A program made the translations under genes and the position numbers. From an uncultured archaeon (GTDB taxonomy: Archaea > Altiarchaeota > Altiarchaeia > JAFGQM01), in NCBI GenBank assembly GCA_964592405.1, contig CAZQBY010000003.1, positions 1 through 64,000 on the forward strand: 64,000 nucleotides of DNA. Reading direction: 5' to 3'. Numbering within the stretch: position 1 is the stretch's first letter; each line of letters begins with the position of its first letter. Under the pieces are notes generated by a model. It saw only the letters and a list, made by a program, of their open reading frames with translations, ran no database searches and was not told the origin of the DNA. This document shows, piece by piece, positions 27,192 through 36,820 of the stretch.

Positions 27192-27512
27192 ATGCATGAG
27201 ACCGTATTCGCAAACAGGATAATAGAGGAGGCAAGGAAAGAGGGTGAAATCACTGGAATAAGTGTGGAGGTGGGCGAGCTTGCGCATATCCCGGCCCGGG
27301 AACTCAAGGAGGCATTAGAAAGGCTGGTCGACTGGGATATTGAGATAATAGAGAAAAGGGCGAAGGTGAGATGCCCCTGTGGGTTTGAGGGGCATCCGAA
27401 GATTCTGGAAAAGGGCCACGATTACACTCTCTTCCAGTGTCCAAGATGTGCCAGAGTCCCTGAAGTCATGGAAGGTGGGGATATTATATTAAAAGAAGTA
27501 AGATGTGTCTAG
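27192..27512 (+). CDS. hypA: Hydrogenase nickel metallochaperone HypA
   Basis: MHE N-terminus, VEVGELA, CPC...CPRC. Confidence 0.9.
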   Translation: MHETVFANRIIEEARKEGEITGISVEVGELAHIPARELKEALERLVDWDIEIIEKRAKVRCPCGFEGHPKILEKGHDYTLFQCPRCARVPEVMEGGDIILKEVRCV

Positions 27513-27712
27513 CCATCCCTGGACGGGTTATCGAGGTCAGGGGAGACGTCGCGACCGTAGACTATGGGGGCGAGAAAAGAAAGGCGAGGATCGAGGATAT
27601 CCGCGTGTCTCCGGGAGATTATGTGATAGTCCAGTTCGGATTCGTGATGCAAAAGCTGGCAGAAGAGGAAGCATTGAAGAGTCTGGAGACATGGACTAGT
27701 TTGAAGGACTGA
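27503..27712 (+). CDS. hypC: HypC/HupF hydrogenase maturation chaperone (conserved His replaced by Gln)
   Basis: MCLAIPGRV N-terminus; PGDYVIVQFGF where the family has VxVHxG. Confidence 0.9.
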   Translation: MCLAIPGRVIEVRGDVATVDYGGEKRKARIEDIRVSPGDYVIVQFGFVMQKLAEEEALKSLETWTSLKD

Positions 27713-28403
27713 CGCTTCCAATAGCCTCGAGGGTAAGCCTTTCCAGATTCTTTTTCTGCGTTTTGGCGAGTACTTCTACTGCATGGTCCCAATGAATAGA
27801 GACATAATCTCCCTCTTTTATGAATAACAGCTCCGGATCGAACAGAATTTTTTTCTCCCGAGGTTCCGAGAGGAGAAACCCGTCTTCCAAAAGGAGCTCT
27901 CTGCGGACCACGGTGGCGTGGTCATCAGTTACATCATCTACGCGGCCGCATGAAATCATGCACTTGTCCATGTTGCCGACCGTGCTCGGGAGGGAGCCGG
28001 TAGTCCTCCCCGGACCAACGTAAAGGACGTGGAAGTTGTGGGTGAGGGGCATCGTCCGGGGGGGGTTCTTCAGCAGCTCGTCACGGATGGATTCAGGCAG
28101 TCCCCTTTTCCCCAGAAGGGAGAGCAAGGCCGTGAGATCCCGCTCTCCATATCCTCTGGACAACTCATTGCCGATCCAGTAGGCCTCGACCACGTCCGGA
28201 TCAAAGGGCTGCAGACCGTGCCTCTTCGAGATTATCTCCAGGTAGGGATACAGGGCCTCGAAGCGGGTCAAGAGCCTGGCCGCTTCCCCGTCGTCCCCTA
28301 GGATGAATCTCCTCAATCCCTCCGCTGCTCCGGGGGGGCCGCAGAAGCCCAGCTTGTTCGTTATCAGGGAATACCTGCAACAAAGCCTAACTCCTTCCAT
28401 CAT
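27696..28403 (-). CDS. DUF6390-like protein with HypC-like C-terminal domain
   Basis: YSLITNKLGFCGP, FEALYPYL, VVEAYWIGN, HNFHV, C-terminal EGDYVSIHWD. Confidence 0.75.
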   Translation of the reverse strand: MMEGVRLCCRYSLITNKLGFCGPPGAAEGLRRFILGDDGEAARLLTRFEALYPYLEIISKRHGLQPFDPDVVEAYWIGNELSRGYGERDLTALLSLLGKRGLPESIRDELLKNPPRTMPLTHNFHVLYVGPGRTTGSLPSTVGNMDKCMISCGRVDDVTDDHATVVRRELLLEDGFLLSEPREKKILFDPELLFIKEGDYVSIHWDHAVEVLAKTQKKNLERLTLEAIGSVSPSN

Positions 28404-29295
28404 ACACCCTCAGCTTGGTCATTATCCCCTCAGGAATCCGACCGCTGAGAAATACCATAGTCACGACCCCGGAAATCAAGAACGCCGTGCCCAATATGTG
28501 GCCCGGGAGTATGGTCCCGTTCATCAACGTGGCAGAAAGGAGCGTGGTGATCGGGCTGCCCAGAAGCAGGATAGAAGTCGCCACGTGCGCTTTCACGGTC
28601 TGGAGTCCTGTGTAGAAGGTAATCACGTAAAGGAAGAGGAAGCCGGAGGTGAGCAGCACCCAGGGCCAGTGCCCGACCAGGGAGCCCGCCTCGGCTATCG
28701 AGCCCGTGGCCGTCAAGAAGATCAGAAGGAACACGGCACCGAAGAACATTCTCCCGAATGCCACTATTGAAGGTGAAAGTGTGCTTAGGGTATGCTTGGA
28801 TATAATTACCTCCACTGCCCAAAACAAGGTAGCCAGCAGGATAAGCAAGTCCCCCATTCCCAAACCTAACGGGAGATTCAAAAAGATAGCATTTCCTGCG
28901 AGCAGCAGGGTGGCAGGAATCAGGATTCTCTTGCCCAGCCTCTCCTTTAGTAAAAGGGCAGCGAGCACTGCCACATAGATGAACATGGTCTTGTGGATAA
29001 AGGCGCCCCTAGCGGCCGTGGTCATCTGGAGGCCGTTGAAGAACAGCAGGAAGGGGATGCTCCCCCCAAAAAGACCGATCGCAGCCAGACGCAGCCAGTC
29101 CCTCCTCCCCAGGACCCTCAGTTCTCTGAACTTCCTGACGAAGAGTATCAGAGCGAACAACAATAGCGCCGTGATAAGGTTCTTGCTCCAGGTATAAACG
29201 CTGGCGTTGATTCCCGATACGCCAACCCTGTTTACAAAAATGGATACTCCACTGATGACGGCAGTAGCTAGGACCAGATAAACCCCCCTTGCCAT
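28387..29295 (-). CDS. DMT/EamA-family transporter
   Basis: About 10 TM helices, LLKERL, two EamA repeats. Confidence 0.88.
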   Translation of the reverse strand: MARGVYLVLATAVISGVSIFVNRVGVSGINASVYTWSKNLITALLLFALILFVRKFRELRVLGRRDWLRLAAIGLFGGSIPFLLFFNGLQMTTAARGAFIHKTMFIYVAVLAALLLKERLGKRILIPATLLLAGNAIFLNLPLGLGMGDLLILLATLFWAVEVIISKHTLSTLSPSIVAFGRMFFGAVFLLIFLTATGSIAEAGSLVGHWPWVLLTSGFLFLYVITFYTGLQTVKAHVATSILLLGSPITTLLSATLMNGTILPGHILGTAFLISGVVTMVFLSGRIPEGIMTKLRVYDGRS

Positions 29296-29327
29296 TTTTC
29301 ATTATGATAAGCAAAGAATAGATAAAA

Positions 29328-29690
29328 ATGCTCAAGGTGTTCTGTTTCGGGAACGAGTGGGTGGAGGGCGACAGCTTGGCCAAGGAGCTGGCCGATGAAT
29401 TGGAGATTGACGGAGTCAAGTTCATAAAATGTGACGATGTTGAGGATGTGGAAGACGGTGTCATCTTGGATGTGGTGAGGGGGCTGGATGATGTCCAAGT
29501 GGTTACGGAGCTGGACCGATTCAAATCCCTCCAGCCATGTTCGGCTCACGATTTGGACCTGGCGTTCTTCCTTAAACTGCTGAAGGAGATGGGGCATCTG
29601 AACGAAGTGAAGATAATATGCCTGCCTATGGGGATGGAGAAGGAAAGGGCCAAAAAAGAGCTTAGGAGGCTACTCCCAGACAACATCTAG
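29328..29690 (+). CDS. Minimal hydrogenase maturation endopeptidase (HycI/HybD-like)
   Basis: FGN....DS, VILDVV, SAHDLDL. Confidence 0.7.
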   Translation: MLKVFCFGNEWVEGDSLAKELADELEIDGVKFIKCDDVEDVEDGVILDVVRGLDDVQVVTELDRFKSLQPCSAHDLDLAFFLKLLKEMGHLNEVKIICLPMGMEKERAKKELRRLLPDNI

Positions 29691-30941
29691 GAAATGTGTT
29701 GAACAGGAGATGCAGGGATCGTAGGCCCTGATGAGTTGCTCGATCTTGGATACTATCACGTCCCGGCTCTCGCCCAGGAGCGAAGGGAGCAGGGCCCTGA
29801 TATTCTCCTCCATATTCTCCAGATTCTGCGACGTGGGGGTTGTGATGTTTATCCTCTTGGCGTAGCCATCCTTGTCAAACTCGTATTTGTGGAAGAGGAT
29901 TCCCCGGGGCGCTTCTATGGCTCCGAAACCCACGCCTTTTTTCGGTCTGACATCAGCCGGGTCTTCTTTCTTTACCTTGATGGTCTTTATTATTTCCTCT
30001 GCCCTCCTAAAGCCCTCGTATATCTCCAAGGCTTGGGCGAGATTGTTCATGTAGGGCGAAAACCTCTTCTTTTCAATGAGTTGGACATAGGGCTTCGATC
30101 CCCGCGAGAGGGCATCTCCATTGTTCAATACCCTAGCCAGAGCGCCGACCATGTAGTCCTTCCCCCCGGCGTCGACGAACTCGGAGGTCGAGCCCGGGAC
30201 AAAGTATTCCCTGAAATGTTTTTCATAGTCTCTCACAGGAACACATCGAATGCCCCTACACAAGATTGTCTTGTCGCCGAAGAAATAGGGTTCGCCCTTC
30301 AGCGCAAAATAATCTCTCTCCCTTTCAAATTCTGGGTAGCTGAGCTTGGCGAAGGTCTTCATTGCGTTCTCCGCTGCCCTCCTGATGCCCCTGACTTGTT
30401 TTAGGAGGGCATCCAGCTCCTTCTGGTTGGGTTGTTTGGAGAATCCACCCGGCAGGAAGGTGAAGGGATGCACGTCCCGCCCCCCGACGACCCTGACCAT
30501 CCCACTTGCGACCCTCTTTATCTTAAGGCCTTGCTCCAAGAGCGTCCTGTGTCTCTTGACCATGCCTAGGGCGCTGTCATACCCCAGATAGTCGGGCAGG
30601 ACCATGAAGTACAGGTGGAGTGCATGGCTCTGAATGATGCCGCCCAGATGCGCGAGCTCTCTGAGGGCCCGGGTCTGTTTGGAGACTGATACATTGAAGG
30701 CGTTTTCTATGGCCCTGAGAGACGCCAGACCGTGGGCTACGGAACACACGCCGCAGATCCTCGACGAGATGGGACCCAGATCCGTGTAGAGCTGGTTCCT
30801 GAGTATCTTCTCGAAAAACCTGCTCCCCTCAAATATCTCCAAATTGGCCTTTTTGATCTTATCTCCATCTATCTTGATGGTCAGCTTCGCGTGGCCTTCA
30901 ATCTTGGTGACAAATTCCTTTTTAATGATTTTTTCTGCCAT
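29670..30941 (-). CDS. hydA: [NiFe]-hydrogenase large (alpha) subunit, group 3b-like
   Basis: KIEGHA, SRICGVCSVAH (L1), EAPRGILFH, RAYDPCISCSTH (L2) plus a cleavable C-terminal tail. Confidence 0.95.
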   Translation of the reverse strand: MAEKIIKKEFVTKIEGHAKLTIKIDGDKIKKANLEIFEGSRFFEKILRNQLYTDLGPISSRICGVCSVAHGLASLRAIENAFNVSVSKQTRALRELAHLGGIIQSHALHLYFMVLPDYLGYDSALGMVKRHRTLLEQGLKIKRVASGMVRVVGGRDVHPFTFLPGGFSKQPNQKELDALLKQVRGIRRAAENAMKTFAKLSYPEFERERDYFALKGEPYFFGDKTILCRGIRCVPVRDYEKHFREYFVPGSTSEFVDAGGKDYMVGALARVLNNGDALSRGSKPYVQLIEKKRFSPYMNNLAQALEIYEGFRRAEEIIKTIKVKKEDPADVRPKKGVGFGAIEAPRGILFHKYEFDKDGYAKRINITTPTSQNLENMEENIRALLPSLLGESRDVIVSKIEQLIRAYDPCISCSTHFLDVVWE

Positions 30942-31695
30942 GTTTTGATTCCTTGAGTTCCTTCGAGCCGAACCTCCTGATCTTGTTTATGGCTTCCTTT
31001 TTGGAGATGCCAAAGGATTCCAGGAGTCTTATCTCTGCGTACAGATCGGCGTTCTCCAAGGGCCCTCTGCACAGAGTACAGGGCATGTTGTTCCTTATGC
31101 ACAGGGCATTACAGCCGCCGTTGGTTATGGGACCCAGACATTCTATCTTGTTCAGCATATAACAGTCAGGCTTCCCCCTCCGCGGGCACTCCAGACAGAC
31201 GGGCCCTCTGAACTCCTTGGGCTTTTCTCCTTTTATGAACTGGCTGATAAACTGAATGAATTCGTCTTTGATTATCGGACAGCCGTACATGAAATAGTCG
31301 ACCTTCACGAAGTCGCTTATGGGTGAAACTTCGATCCAGTCCCTAGCAAGCTTCTGACTGTAGATATATTTTCCCAAGGCCCTTCGCTTGAGTTGGTTTC
31401 TCATGGCCGGAATCCCCCCATGGGCCGCACACTCGCCGAAGGCCACAAGGTATTTTGACTTAGCCCTTATCCTCTTTAGCTCTCTCATCTCATGCTTGGA
31501 GGATATCGCCCCCTCCACAAAAGCCAGATCAAAGTCTGTTTCAGCGTTCTTTTCCTTTATGAGATGGAAATACTGGATATCCAGTTTGTCAAACAACTCG
31601 AGCAGTTCATCTAGGAAAAGGACCGTGAACTCGCAGCCTTCGCAGCACGTAAACGAGAAGAAACCGACCACCGGCTTGCCCCTCTCCATGAGCAT
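30922..31695 (-). CDS. hydD: [NiFe]-hydrogenase small (delta) subunit, group 3b-like
   Basis: TCCEGC, VEGAI, FGECAAHGGI, GCP, CLEC...CLGPITNGGCNALC..PCTLCRGP. Confidence 0.93.
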   Translation of the reverse strand: MLMERGKPVVGFFSFTCCEGCEFTVLFLDELLELFDKLDIQYFHLIKEKNAETDFDLAFVEGAISSKHEMRELKRIRAKSKYLVAFGECAAHGGIPAMRNQLKRRALGKYIYSQKLARDWIEVSPISDFVKVDYFMYGCPIIKDEFIQFISQFIKGEKPKEFRGPVCLECPRRGKPDCYMLNKIECLGPITNGGCNALCIRNNMPCTLCRGPLENADLYAEIRLLESFGISKKEAINKIRRFGSKELKESKHGRKNH

Positions 31696-31797
31696 TTTAC
31701 CTGACTGGCAATAAATATGTACTGTGGAGAGCTGGTAGGCAAGAGCGTCTCAGGTATTGTACAGCCTGCTCAAAAGACAGAACTTGTGAATGCCGTA

Positions 31798-32109
31798 TTA
31801 GAAGCTGAATGCCATCTTCTTGGCCCTCCTGCCTGTCGTCATCTTGACCAGGCCGCCCGTTATCATGCCGACAGCAAAGGAGAGCAGGATTATCATCATG
31901 AACGATCCGTAGGTGATGTTGTAGTCGCCCTGGACCAGACCGTTGTATATCACAAGCACCAGGAAGGTCATTGTGGTCATGGATACACAAGTTAGTATTG
32001 CCGGTACCCAGGATATCATCCTCATTGTTCGCCCTATTGAGGAGAAATCTGGCATCTGCAGGCCTGTTCCCATGTCAAAAGGGCCAAAATCCTCCGGTTC
32101 ACCGTCCAT
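31798..32109 (-). CDS. Small membrane protein
   Basis: Two TM helices; TTTAAA TATA-like box upstream. Confidence 0.6.
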   Translation of the reverse strand: MDGEPEDFGPFDMGTGLQMPDFSSIGRTMRMISWVPAILTCVSMTTMTFLVLVIYNGLVQGDYNITYGSFMMIILLSFAVGMITGGLVKMTTGRRAKKMAFSF

Positions 32110-32207
32110 TTTGGAAATAATTTGGGTTTAATTTAAAGTGTTGCTAATAAAAGGGCCTATGGACTAGGGACGAGAGACACTAATTTAAGCAGCTCACCGA
32201 CCTATGT

Positions 32208-32350
32208 GGGCCCGTAGGTTAGCCAGGATATACTACGGGACTTCGGGAGCCCTTTTCTTCAAAAGAAAAGTGCTTCACCCCAAAAGAACGGGGTGCTGGG
32301 CAAACGGCTGGAGTCATCCCGTGACCCGGGTTCGAATCCCGGCGGGTCCG
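32208..32350 (+). tRNA. tRNA-Arg(TCG) with a 69-nt intron at 37/38 (32247-32315)
   Basis: GGGCCCG/CGGGTCC acceptor stem, CGGGA/TCCCG anticodon stem, GGTTCGAATCC T-arm, bulge-helix-bulge CTTC/GGAG. Confidence 0.93.
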
Positions 32351-32352
32351 TC

Positions 32353-32446
32353 TTACTGATGCTTAGCTGAGGCTCGACGGCCCCGCCTTATGTCGAGGTC
32401 ATGTGCAGAGAGGATGTGTCCACCTCGCCATCCCGGTGGGTCCGTC
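32353..32446 (+). repeat. tRNA-linked repeat unit ending in a copy of the tRNA-Arg 3' end
   Basis: ATCCCGGTGGGTCCGTC (32430-32446) vs ATCCCGGCGGGTCCGTC (32336-32352); core 32382-32439 is 46/58 identical to 58766-58823. Confidence 0.8.
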
Positions 32447-32496
32447 CTCATTCTTCATTGGCTTAACTAGCCTGTGCAATCCTTCCCTATTGATTT

Positions 32497-34047
32497 CTAG
32501 ATCCTGTCCTTGCAGGCATCCCTCTGCCGCTTGTCCTCTATCTCATTACAGGCCTTACGAGCCATGGATGGGTTGTCGGAGGCCAGAATCCCAGCCAACT
32601 GCTGCAAGCAGTCCCATACCTGCTGATCACTGGGCAGATCCAAACAAAGGCCTATGGCCAGTTGAGGACATTCCCTAGCCCTCCGGCCATAATCGTCACC
32701 GATTATACTTCGCACTGCACAGAATAGGTCATCTATATAGTCGCATATCTCGGTGACCTCCTGACAGGTCTCAGCCGACCACAGGAGATCCTGCAGACAG
32801 CTCTCCTTGCTCCACCCTCCTGACACATGCTGGCAGACGGTAATTTTTTGAGATATATTCTCCATCAACTGCATGACTAAGCGGTAGCAATCCTCGGAGG
32901 ACCGCCCAAAGGGAAAACCCTTAATCATTCCGCAGGTCTCTATGGCAAAATTCAGGTCTGACGGGGCTGTGATGCGGGCTATCTTGACATAACAGTCAGT
33001 GGCCATTGTTCCCTCCATAGAACCACAACAGTATTCCCTCGCCCCTGCAGGGTTTTCCATTATAAATTCGTCAGAACACGCGCTCCTGAAGCAGTCCTCC
33101 CTGCGATTCTTGCTTATGTGGTCCCTGCAGATTCTTATCGCTGAAAGAGGATTTTCCAAGTGTGCCATGACGCCATTAAGAAGGCAGTCGTCCCTCCGGT
33201 TGACTCCGGTTATCTTCAAGCATGCCTGTATTGCCTCCTGAAGAGAAGTGGAGACTATGTTCTCTGCCACCATATAAAAACAGTCATTTGAGTTCCCCTC
33301 AGAGAGCAAGCCACAGAGATCTAATACTCGGTCAGGATACTGCATTATGATATCCTTGGATTTCTGGAAGAGGTCCCAGTAACACATTTTGGAATCGGCC
33401 TCGTCATCTATTTTCCCACACAGTTCTAGGGAGAGGGATATATTCTGGTTGGCAGCTTCAATGCTTACCCTGCGATAGCACTCGTTCCTCATCTCAGCCT
33501 CGAAGAGCATATCGCAATACTTAGCCGCCTTTTGCGGATCTTCAGTAATTATCTTCTCCATCATATTCTTATAGCACCTGTCCCTGTCACCCAAGTCTGA
33601 AATTGAGGAACAGTCTGAAGGAGACTTCTTGAGTATCATGTTGGTGGATTCCTCTCCCGGAGCCCTGCTAAGAGCGTTTGCCATCAGAAGGAGCCCTGTT
33701 ATCAAAAGTGCAATGGCGACTGCCAGAGTGGCAATGTTCTTTGGGCTGGCAAACCTTGCAGAAGTGACAGGACCTCCATATTTCCTCCGCAGTTCATCTA
33801 TCTGCTTGCTGGCGAGGGAGAGCTCCTCCTCGTATTCGCGTATGAGCTTGTCGGCCTTGTCCCCCTCTATCCGCCTCCTGTAGAAGTCCAAGCGGGTGGT
33901 CTTTATCAGGTCCTTGAGCTGTTTCGTCCTCAGCTCCAGGCGGGACATCTCGTCGCCGGGTCCGCGGCTGCTGATCAGCCTGTAGAACAGAAAGGCGGCA
34001 ATGCCTATGCATGCCAGGCCTGATATGATGAGCTCCTCAGTTGCCAT
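32497..34047 (-). CDS. Membrane protein with TM-coiled coil-TM N-terminus and Cys-rich helical repeats
   Basis: About ten C..I......D.CY-type repeats; two N-terminal TM helices. Confidence 0.8.
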   Translation of the reverse strand: MATEELIISGLACIGIAAFLFYRLISSRGPGDEMSRLELRTKQLKDLIKTTRLDFYRRRIEGDKADKLIREYEEELSLASKQIDELRRKYGGPVTSARFASPKNIATLAVAIALLITGLLLMANALSRAPGEESTNMILKKSPSDCSSISDLGDRDRCYKNMMEKIITEDPQKAAKYCDMLFEAEMRNECYRRVSIEAANQNISLSLELCGKIDDEADSKMCYWDLFQKSKDIIMQYPDRVLDLCGLLSEGNSNDCFYMVAENIVSTSLQEAIQACLKITGVNRRDDCLLNGVMAHLENPLSAIRICRDHISKNRREDCFRSACSDEFIMENPAGAREYCCGSMEGTMATDCYVKIARITAPSDLNFAIETCGMIKGFPFGRSSEDCYRLVMQLMENISQKITVCQHVSGGWSKESCLQDLLWSAETCQEVTEICDYIDDLFCAVRSIIGDDYGRRARECPQLAIGLCLDLPSDQQVWDCLQQLAGILASDNPSMARKACNEIEDKRQRDACKDRI

Positions 34048-34091
34048 CGTCTAATTAATGGGGATTATTAAAAAAAGGCAGTGGGGCAGGT

Positions 34092-34679
34092 TCAGCCGGT
34101 TATCTCCACTGAAGGTTTGTTAGTATCGGGCGACTGGACAGGGTGGGCATGCGTCTTGTTGTATATCCTGCCAGATTTCTTATCGACCCGGAAGCAAGTC
34201 ACGACATTCCTGCCTATCAATTCGACATAGTAGCAGTTGTCCCTTTCATAGATTTCCATCGTTTCATCCTCCGGAAAATTTTCCCTGCTTATATAATCAA
34301 ATCCGGCTTTCCGCATGGAGCGTAAAACAAAATCCACCGCCTTGTCGTTGTTCATATCCTTCGGGAATGGTAAGCAGGCCGGCAGGGATTTACTTGGTTC
34401 CCCAGGATCAACTGCTGCATACATAGATGTATAGCCGGGTTCAAGGAGGTCGCCCTTGAGCTGGATAGTAAAGTCCTTGTAGATGGCGCTGTTCTTGGGA
34501 ACATAGGTTATCGGGTTGCTGAAGTAGACCCAAACCCCATCGTCCTTGAGAGTGACCTTCACACGATCGAACTCGCGAGAGGGGTCAAAGGGGGAGGGGA
34601 ACAACTGCCCCTTCGCCAGCTCCACGGCCCTCCTTACTATGGCCTTCTTGCCCAGCCTTTTGAGCTTTTTGATGTCCAT
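34092..34679 (-). CDS. Hypothetical protein (PepSY-like beta C-terminus)
   Basis: 195-aa ORF; YYVEL...FRVDKKSGRI. Confidence 0.6.
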   Translation of the reverse strand: MDIKKLKRLGKKAIVRRAVELAKGQLFPSPFDPSREFDRVKVTLKDDGVWVYFSNPITYVPKNSAIYKDFTIQLKGDLLEPGYTSMYAAVDPGEPSKSLPACLPFPKDMNNDKAVDFVLRSMRKAGFDYISRENFPEDETMEIYERDNCYYVELIGRNVVTCFRVDKKSGRIYNKTHAHPVQSPDTNKPSVEITG

Positions 34680-34862
34680 ACGCTACCTCACTTGGCCGGA
34701 ATCTGTGCAGCTGGCCCATATACTATCTGAGTTGGTTAGGATACCAACTCTGCCCCTAACTTGTATAATATCTAGATTATGAAGAGCTGGATAAAAATGG
34801 GACCCCGTCAGACTGAAGTGCCCATGGGGGGAACAAAGGAGAGTCTTAGGAGGGGTTTCAGC

Positions 34863-36029
34863 CTAATCCTTCACCCATGCCAGCAGCAAGATGGCAGCAG
34901 TCAAAGACAATACCGCTCCAAAGCTAAATGCTGCCTCGACACTGAAGAACTGCCAGAGCGAGCCCATGATGAACGATGCTGGGAATGCCGCCAGACCGAC
35001 CGCAGTGTGGTAAATGCCGTAAGCAGTTCCTCTGTGTGCTTCGTCCACAAGGTCGGGTATCAGCGCTCTGGCACTGACTTCATAAATCGCTTGGAATATG
35101 GCATAAGCAGCGAAAAGTAGCCAGAGCATAGAAGTGTTATTCATGAAACCAAATCCTAGGCTGACTATTGCAAAGGTAATGAAACTGGATGATAAGACTA
35201 TCTTCTTGCCCACCATATCCGAAAGGCTTCCGGCCGGCATCGCAGCTGTGGCATATATTATATTATAGAAAAGGTAGAGCAGGGGCACTAGGCCAAGGGT
35301 CATGCCCATATCCTGTGCACGTATGAGGAGGAAGGCATAGCTGAAGTTTCCCAGCATGAACAGAGAGGAAACAAAAACGAACCGCTTGAACCCGCTGCTG
35401 AAGCCTCTGAGGCTCAGAGTCACTGACAGTCTCCTGCTGGCATGGCACCTCTTCTCCTTCACGAACATAAGTATTGTGAGAACTGACAGGATGCCGGGCA
35501 CTGCAGTCAGTAGGAAGATGAGCTGGAATGACATCGAGAGGAAGTAGAAGAGCACAAAGGCTATGGCAACTCCAGCAACCGCCCCAGAGGTATCCATCAT
35601 CCTGTGGAAACCAAAAGACCTCCCCTCATGTGCCTTTTGGGAAGAGGCAGCTATAAGGGCATCTCGGGGGGATGTCCGCACTCCCTTGCCGATACGGTCA
35701 ACGAATTTTATGGCGAGGACAAAGGGCCACGAGCTGGCAAGGGATAAAAGCGGTTTGGTCAGGTTGGATATAGCATAGCCGGCAACCACAAGGGGCTTTC
35801 TGGAACCAAATCTGTCGGAAATCCAGCCGGAGAGCAGTTTGAGCATGCTGGAGGAGCTCTCGGCAACGCCCTCTATGAGGCCAACTATTGCCTCACCAGC
35901 GCCAAGGACATTGGTCAGGAAGAGAGGCAAGAGGGAGAGTATCATCTCACTGCTCATATCATTGAAGAAACTGGCAATACCCATGAAGAGGATGTTCCGG
36001 TTTATGCCCGCCCTGATTGGCTTTGCCAT
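34863..36029 (-). CDS. MFS transporter
   Basis: 12 TM; GWISDRFGSRK, DRIGKGVRTSPRDALIA, GSLSDMVGKK. Confidence 0.95.
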   Translation of the reverse strand: MAKPIRAGINRNILFMGIASFFNDMSSEMILSLLPLFLTNVLGAGEAIVGLIEGVAESSSSMLKLLSGWISDRFGSRKPLVVAGYAISNLTKPLLSLASSWPFVLAIKFVDRIGKGVRTSPRDALIAASSQKAHEGRSFGFHRMMDTSGAVAGVAIAFVLFYFLSMSFQLIFLLTAVPGILSVLTILMFVKEKRCHASRRLSVTLSLRGFSSGFKRFVFVSSLFMLGNFSYAFLLIRAQDMGMTLGLVPLLYLFYNIIYATAAMPAGSLSDMVGKKIVLSSSFITFAIVSLGFGFMNNTSMLWLLFAAYAIFQAIYEVSARALIPDLVDEAHRGTAYGIYHTAVGLAAFPASFIMGSLWQFFSVEAAFSFGAVLSLTAAILLLAWVKD

Positions 36030-36064
36030 GCTAATATTGATATTAGGATAAAAAAGAATTGGAT

Positions 36065-36820
36065 TTACTCCTCAATCCGGTTGAACTGCCTTATAGCAAA
36101 CAGCATGAACAACACAGTCAGACTGGATATTGCCAGAAAGGAGACACCAAAGTCTATTCCTGAAGAGCCCAAGATGAGATATCTGAGGCCGGCCACACCA
36201 TATGTAAGAGGGTCAAAGAGAGAGGCTGTCCTGAGGAAATCCGGCGCGGAGGATAGGGGAAACAGCGCGCCGCTCAGGAAGAACATGGGCATGATGAGGA
36301 AGTTCATTATCAGCTGGAATCCGTGCATGTCAGTCATGGTGGATGCAATGGCTATGCCCAGTGAGACGAACATCATGGATATCATGAACATGAAGACCAA
36401 CAGGAGAAGGATATTGACCAGCTGCACCTGCGCCCCCAAAAGGATAGCTATAATCATTATAATTATGCCCTGTATGACCGCAGTGGTCGCGCCGCCCAGT
36501 CCCTTCCCCAGGACCACCGAAAGCCTGCTTATAGGGGCGACGAGTGTCTCCTTCAGGAAGCCAAACTGCCGGTCCATGATAACTATTATGCCGGAGAACA
36601 TGGAAGCAAACATCAGCACCATGCCGATTATGCCGGGCGCGATGAACTGGAGGTAGCCACCCTCTATGGGAACCGCAATGGTGCTGTTAAGGCCGGTGCC
36701 CAGAATGGCGAGGAAGAAGAATGGCATCCCCAGACTGCCTATCAGCCTGGACTTGGATCTGAAGAACCTGATGAGCTCTCTCTTCCAAAGCGCGTATATG
36801 CCCTCTATCTCCCTGTTCAT
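36065..36820 (-). CDS. ABC-2 type exporter permease (DrrB-like)
   Basis: DRQFGFLKETLVAPISR, PMFFLSGALFP. Confidence 0.93.
   Translation of the reverse strand: MNREIEGIYALWKRELIRFFRSKSRLIGSLGMPFFFLAILGTGLNSTIAVPIEGGYLQFIAPGIIGMVLMFASMFSGIIVIMDRQFGFLKETLVAPISRLSVVLGKGLGGATTAVIQGIIIMIIAILLGAQVQLVNILLLLVFMFMISMMFVSLGIAIASTMTDMHGFQLIMNFLIMPMFFLSGALFPLSSAPDFLRTASLFDPLTYGVAGLRYLILGSSGIDFGVSFLAISSLTVLFMLFAIRQFNRIEE

Noticed and set aside
27104-27199. In-frame hydrophobic continuation after the TAA of 26798-27106 (possible readthrough)
   Set aside because: TAA is used as a normal stop throughout the window and no recoding signal is visible.
29670-30941. Selenocysteine ([NiFeSe]) hydrogenase
   Set aside because: The L2 motif is DPCISC encoded by Cys codons; there is no in-frame TGA.
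32371-32398. dif/Xer-like site (TTATGTCGAG right arm)
   Set aside because: The left arm lacks the ATAA half-site and the 11-6-11 symmetry is out of register; kept only as part of the tRNA-linked unit.
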